The translations under genes were made by a program, and so were the position numbers. DNA of 64,000 nucleotides, taken from contig MU006090.1 in the NCBI GenBank assembly GCA_010093705.1, positions 372,001 through 436,000 on the forward strand, written 5' to 3'. This document shows, one piece after another, positions 59,962-64,000 of this stretch. The DNA comes from Patellaria atrata CBS 101060. Its lineage: Eukaryota. Positions within the stretch are counted from its first letter, which is position 1. The number at the start of each line of letters is the position of its first letter. The notes beneath the pieces are model-generated. The model was not told the origin of the DNA, searched no databases, and saw only the letters and a program-made list of their open reading frames with translations.

Positions 59962-61302
59962 GATATTGTGTATCGAACTCCGAGGACACGCCTTTTTTGA
60001 TGAAGTAAGAATGTGTATTCTTTAGTCTTCTGTATATCTTTCGAGGATTTGCGGTTTAGATGTATCATACAAGGTATAATTTATAGTTGACAAGAAAAAT
60101 ACGTTGTATATCCGTAAAATACGTGGTGGTAGTACAACAATGTGTCAGTTTTGTGAAACTACCTCCAGAGTCTCGGGCGGCAGGATAGCTCAAGAACACA
60201 ATTGGGTATAGGGTAAAAGTGTACAATACAAAGCAATAAATGATGATAAGAATCAAAAAGGGTGCGAAGAGAGTTATAGAAAACTCCGCCGTGGAGAGCC
60301 GGCTACCACGGGCGAGTGTGACGAAATGGTTAAAAAGTGAATCGTGAAAAGTTTGGTAGAAACCGAAAAAGACAGCGAACCCAAGGAAACAAGAAACAGA
60401 GAAGGGAGCTTCAGAGTGCCCATGATATCTATGTCGTCGTCTGCAAACCTACATTGACAAGTCGGATACCAACTCTTCGGACGGACAAGTGCCATCATAT
60501 CAAGCTCTCGATAAGAGCCAAAACGGTAATTCGCGGGAGGCGGCATGGACGGGAAAAAGCACCCAACAGTCAGGTAGCAAAAGCCAACGTGCAAGATACA
60601 ATCTGCAAGCGATCAGCGACGGCAGCGAGCATCAAAGAACATCCTGAGAGTCGTTTATTATCGATAGAAGCCCGCCCCATTTTCGGCTTTGCTTTCTTCA
60701 ATCGGACTCGGGCGACTGAGAGAGGCGTTGCATCGAAACGTGCCCTTTCCATTGGCCGCGCGACGTTACATATTGGACCTTACAAAGGGAGGTTGCACTC
60801 AACCCCTTCTTCATCGTCGAACAGATCGACTTCTCAAAGGGAACGACGATGATAGTATAGAATGTGGAATACTTCCGCAAGATACCGGTGGCTATATAAC
60901 ATCTCTGCGAGATACCTTAAGATGCAGGACTAAAGCTGGAGAGGAACCCACCTGCTTAAGGGAAACTTCAACCTCACGTGATAGTGAATATCCTCAGATA
61001 TATTATCTCGAAAGTATAAAGTTCTGTTAAATATCTGGCATTGTTCAGTTGAACACCATCAAACCCAGTAAGGGGCAGAAGTATAATTACACGTATTGGG
61101 AAAGTCATTTTCCGTCATCTCGACATTAACAGTCATCATAATCAAACTCTTAACAACTGGAAACAAACAAGTGGGTATCGAAATCCAATATTAATCAACA
61201 TTGTCAACCGCCGTCGCGCGACAGGAACTACCTGCCATCCATTCCAGAGTTGTTATGTCTCCTCCTTATCCGGAAACCACTTCCCTCCCCCATTCTGGAG
61301 AT

Positions 61303-61324
61303 CTCTCTCTCTCTCTCTCTCTCT
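61303..61324. repeat. (CT)n microsatellite
   Basis: About 11 CT units are directly visible. Confidence 0.8.
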
Positions 61325-61608
61325 TTCCCTTCCTCGGTCCGACTTCCCTGAGAAGGCGGAACATAGACGTCTGTCGGTCCATGGAGTTCGTGCATGGGTG
61401 CATGGGCTATGATATTGCGATTGAAACCTTACGGCTCATGCTTACCCCTCGAGAATCCGCCTTGTAAAAGCTCAGGCTGCGCTGAGCATGAGTTTGAGGC
61501 AGTAGATGAATAGCAGCCATCTGCTCTCACACCCCTAAACTTCAAAGTGTTTGTGCTGGTTCATGGACGATCTCCTAATGAATGCGATGGATACCATCAC
61601 TGCATCGC

Positions 61609-61643
61609 CCAGATCATCGTCCAGATCATCGTCCAGATCATCG
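61609..61643. repeat. 12-bp tandem repeat (CCAGATCATCGT) x ~3 overlapping the stop codon of the kinase-like gene
   Basis: Directly visible in the sequence. Confidence 0.75.
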
Positions 61644-63461
61644 CCCATACCAAAATGATCGTTTCTGAGATCGTGAAGTCTTCGGTCTCGCCGCCACCTT
61701 CCCACTCCCAGCAGTATCCTCCGAAATACTGTTAAAAAGCGACAAAGTTCCAAACGAAGAGCTATCCGTTGACGCCCTGAACGTCGAAGGCAAAGACCGC
61801 TTGCTGTCAGCTCTGGCACGCATATAATGCGAACAATGAAGCGACGGGAGTTCCGAGAAATTGAGGAGAATATCCGAAAGCGTATCGGCGACAACCCGAG
61901 CGGTGGGTCTGAATATCGGATTCGGTTCCAACATCGTACGTACGAGTTTCGTTATGTAAGTTATGCCCTTAAAGCAGGGTTCGGTCCCTTCGGCTGCGGA
62001 CTCCTCGAGTATGATCAACCAGGTAGATACGTGCTCGAGATTGGCGTGAAAAGAAGAATCGACTCGAGACCCCCCTCTTTGGGATACTTTGTGTTTGGAA
62101 GCTCGGTGCTTCACGAAGTCGGTAGGCTTTTTCTTAAGTATGAATGTCAGGATATCCACAAATACACACCCGAGCGCATATACGTCGGCCTGTTTAGAAG
62201 CTACAAAGGAATTTGGGCTTGTTTCGGCGTTGTAAAGTGGTGATGTCTTGTCGAATCCGAAATCGAACCCAGCATTAGCCAAGCTTGACATGTTAACAAC
62301 GCTCCCAAGGCTATTTATCTTAGGCCTAAACTGCTTGCGAGATGATGCGCTTGATATAGATTGTCCCGAAGATCCTTTGCTGCTAACGGAACTTTGACGC
62401 GAGGTGGTACCTTCTTTGCGAGCGTCCGGGGTGGAACCCATTGTTGGAGTTGGGATGTGTGCCTCCGGTGCTCCATAATTATAGGTTTCAGTAGGGTCGG
62501 ATTTCTTGTCACGTTGAAAAGATTGCAGGCTGCCGATATCACTGAAAGCGATATTGTTTTGCTTGTCAATTATAATATTCGAAGGTCGGATGGCGGAATG
62601 CGACAAACCATGTCGATGTAAGGCAGCTACAGCATCTGCAAGGCAATGCAACCAATTCAATAAGAGAGGATGTCTATCTCCCTTGGGTACTCTTTGCAAT
62701 TGCATAGGATTGCGATGATCTATGTATGATCTTAGAGTATGTTCTCCAACGAATGGAGTCAAGAAGTATCCCGTTCCTTTCGTGGTATAAGATGCCCAGA
62801 CAGAAGCAACGTGTTCATGGCGAAAGAGCTTCGAGGTCTCGATATCTTGCAGGAATCGGTTGAGACTCGTCGTATCGGTCTCAACGTCTCCTATATTGAC
62901 TTTTCTCCGAACAAATATCTCGTCCGCCCGGCGAGGGAGATGTACTCTTGACCATTTCTGTAGGTAGACTGCGGGTGGTAACTTTTGGACCATTTCAAGT
63001 GGAATGACTTCGTTAGGGCCATATTCGATGTGAACCCCTTCTCGAAGCTCTCGTAGTAGGTAGGTGAACTGCGTCATGTAAAACTTTTGGTTTAGCTGCT
63101 CGTCGTTCTCATATGACAGCGCAAGCGTTTCGACTGTTTCCAAGGGAACTGGTAGGTCATCATCGTCAAATGAGTCGTCGATTACGCCAAATATCTGCTC
63201 GGGTACTCCACACTCCACGAGTGTCAGAAACAAACGCTTTGCTCTTTCCAGAATCCAGTCCAGGTACGTATCGTCTGTAAGGCCAGAGCCGAATCCTAAG
63301 GGTCTGTGAAGTAGTCTTCTTTCATCCGGACGTAGCCTGCTTGAAATGAACTCCGGTGTCACCTTCGCGTCGATTCGTTCCTGGGTCCACCAGACTTGTT
63401 GAATAGCTGTGTGCGGTGTTACCAAAGAGTGCCCAGCATAGCCATATATGAATGCATTCAT
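61638..63461 (-). CDS. Protein kinase-like protein, probable pseudokinase
   Basis: N-terminal DDTYLDWIL..AKRLFLTL..DDDDLP domain, HEHVASVWASY, LHRHGLSHSAIRPSNII, FSDIG, YGAPE, ADVYALGC. Start taken at MNAFIYGY. Confidence 0.87.
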   Translation of the reverse strand: MNAFIYGYAGHSLVTPHTAIQQVWWTQERIDAKVTPEFISSRLRPDERRLLHRPLGFGSGLTDDTYLDWILERAKRLFLTLVECGVPEQIFGVIDDSFDDDDLPVPLETVETLALSYENDEQLNQKFYMTQFTYLLRELREGVHIEYGPNEVIPLEMVQKLPPAVYLQKWSRVHLPRRADEIFVRRKVNIGDVETDTTSLNRFLQDIETSKLFRHEHVASVWASYTTKGTGYFLTPFVGEHTLRSYIDHRNPMQLQRVPKGDRHPLLLNWLHCLADAVAALHRHGLSHSAIRPSNIIIDKQNNIAFSDIGSLQSFQRDKKSDPTETYNYGAPEAHIPTPTMGSTPDARKEGTTSRQSSVSSKGSSGQSISSASSRKQFRPKINSLGSVVNMSSLANAGFDFGFDKTSPLYNAETSPNSFVASKQADVYALGCVFVDILTFILKKKPTDFVKHRASKHKVSQRGGSRVDSSFHANLEHVSTWLIILEESAAEGTEPCFKGITYITKLVRTMLEPNPIFRPTARVVADTLSDILLNFSELPSLHCSHYMRARADSKRSLPSTFRASTDSSSFGTLSLFNSISEDTAGSGKVAARPKTSRSQKRSFWYGR

Positions 63462-64000
63462 GGCTATGGTGTTAGGGGTAATGACGTTAGTCAAGGTTCG
63501 GGAGCCCATGTTGTCGAACACCCGGCCTAAGAGCCTTCGCCAGGAAATTTTGATGCAGTCGAGTGAGACAATTTGACTCACGACGATCATCAAGGAGGAT
63601 GATGGTGCTTGTTAAAGTGGTATGAATCCGTTCAAGGCCATATCCGTTCTCATCCATGCGTCTGCTGTGCTTCTAAGGTAGGTCGTAAAAAGCTCTATGG
63701 GGACAGTTTCGGGTCGTATTTCAGTAGAAAGAGTCAACCATTCAACCCTACCTGCATCTTCACTCTTAAGGTGACCCCACGGCTGGGTTCCCGGTGTCTG
63801 ATAGAGGTCCATAGTGGCAAGCAACAAACGGACCGGGGCTGAGAGGGTGCAAGAGCCAAATACTATACAGGAAGCGGTTGAATTGGCTTAGAGGTAACCC
63901 GAACCCAATATGTGGGCTTTCCGTATACGGTAAGATTTCGCTGGTGGCAGACGTTTTGGAAGCATCCTCGAATAAGATCAATCCAAAGGTACTTAAGCAT

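Noticed and set aside
60337..61030. Plus-strand ORFs of 171 and 113 aa between the two kinase genes
   Set aside because: No recognisable features; likely promoter/5' UTR of the minus-strand kinase.
1..64000. tRNA, rRNA, CRISPR arrays, transposase or retroelement ORFs
   Set aside because: None recognised by eye; GTTCGA-containing sites did not fold into cloverleafs. A covariance-model search could still find small RNAs.

Overview
Eukaryotic, intron-containing DNA from a filamentous ascomycete (Pezizomycotina): short GT-AG introns with CTRAY branch points and typical fungal gene families. The window holds about 21 intact genes. Housekeeping/signalling genes: NOT3/5 (partial), DTD1, an IFRD-domain gene, a Zn2Cys6 factor, SPT6, VMA6, an RS-rich HUB1/UBL5, a STE7-type MAPKK, a VIT-vWA protein, an atypical Rho-like GTPase, an EthD-like barrel, an SMP/LEA-like peptide, TFIP11/NTR1, a 1041-aa unknown protein, an FLVCR-like MFS, the PKA regulatory subunit and QCR6. 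A more accessory-looking right arm carries a HET-domain gene, a highly divergent Cch1-type four-domain channel and two unusual kinases. There is also a decayed kinase-WD40 pseudogene. Most notable: (1) an intact ~1857-aa Cch1-like channel whose four filter positions read N-R-E-K instead of the usual fungal N-E-E-E; (2) a PKA-R dimerisation/docking domain encoded upstream of the first AUG in a ~590-nt AUG-free leader, implying non-AUG initiation; (3) a HUB1 intron with two overlapping 5' splice sites 4 nt apart, where only the weaker one is productive; (4) a nested-hairpin element in a long DTD1 intron, plus an in-frame alternative donor next to the DTD Gly-cisPro motif. Exon models were built by eye, and all family assignments come from motif recognition, not database searches.
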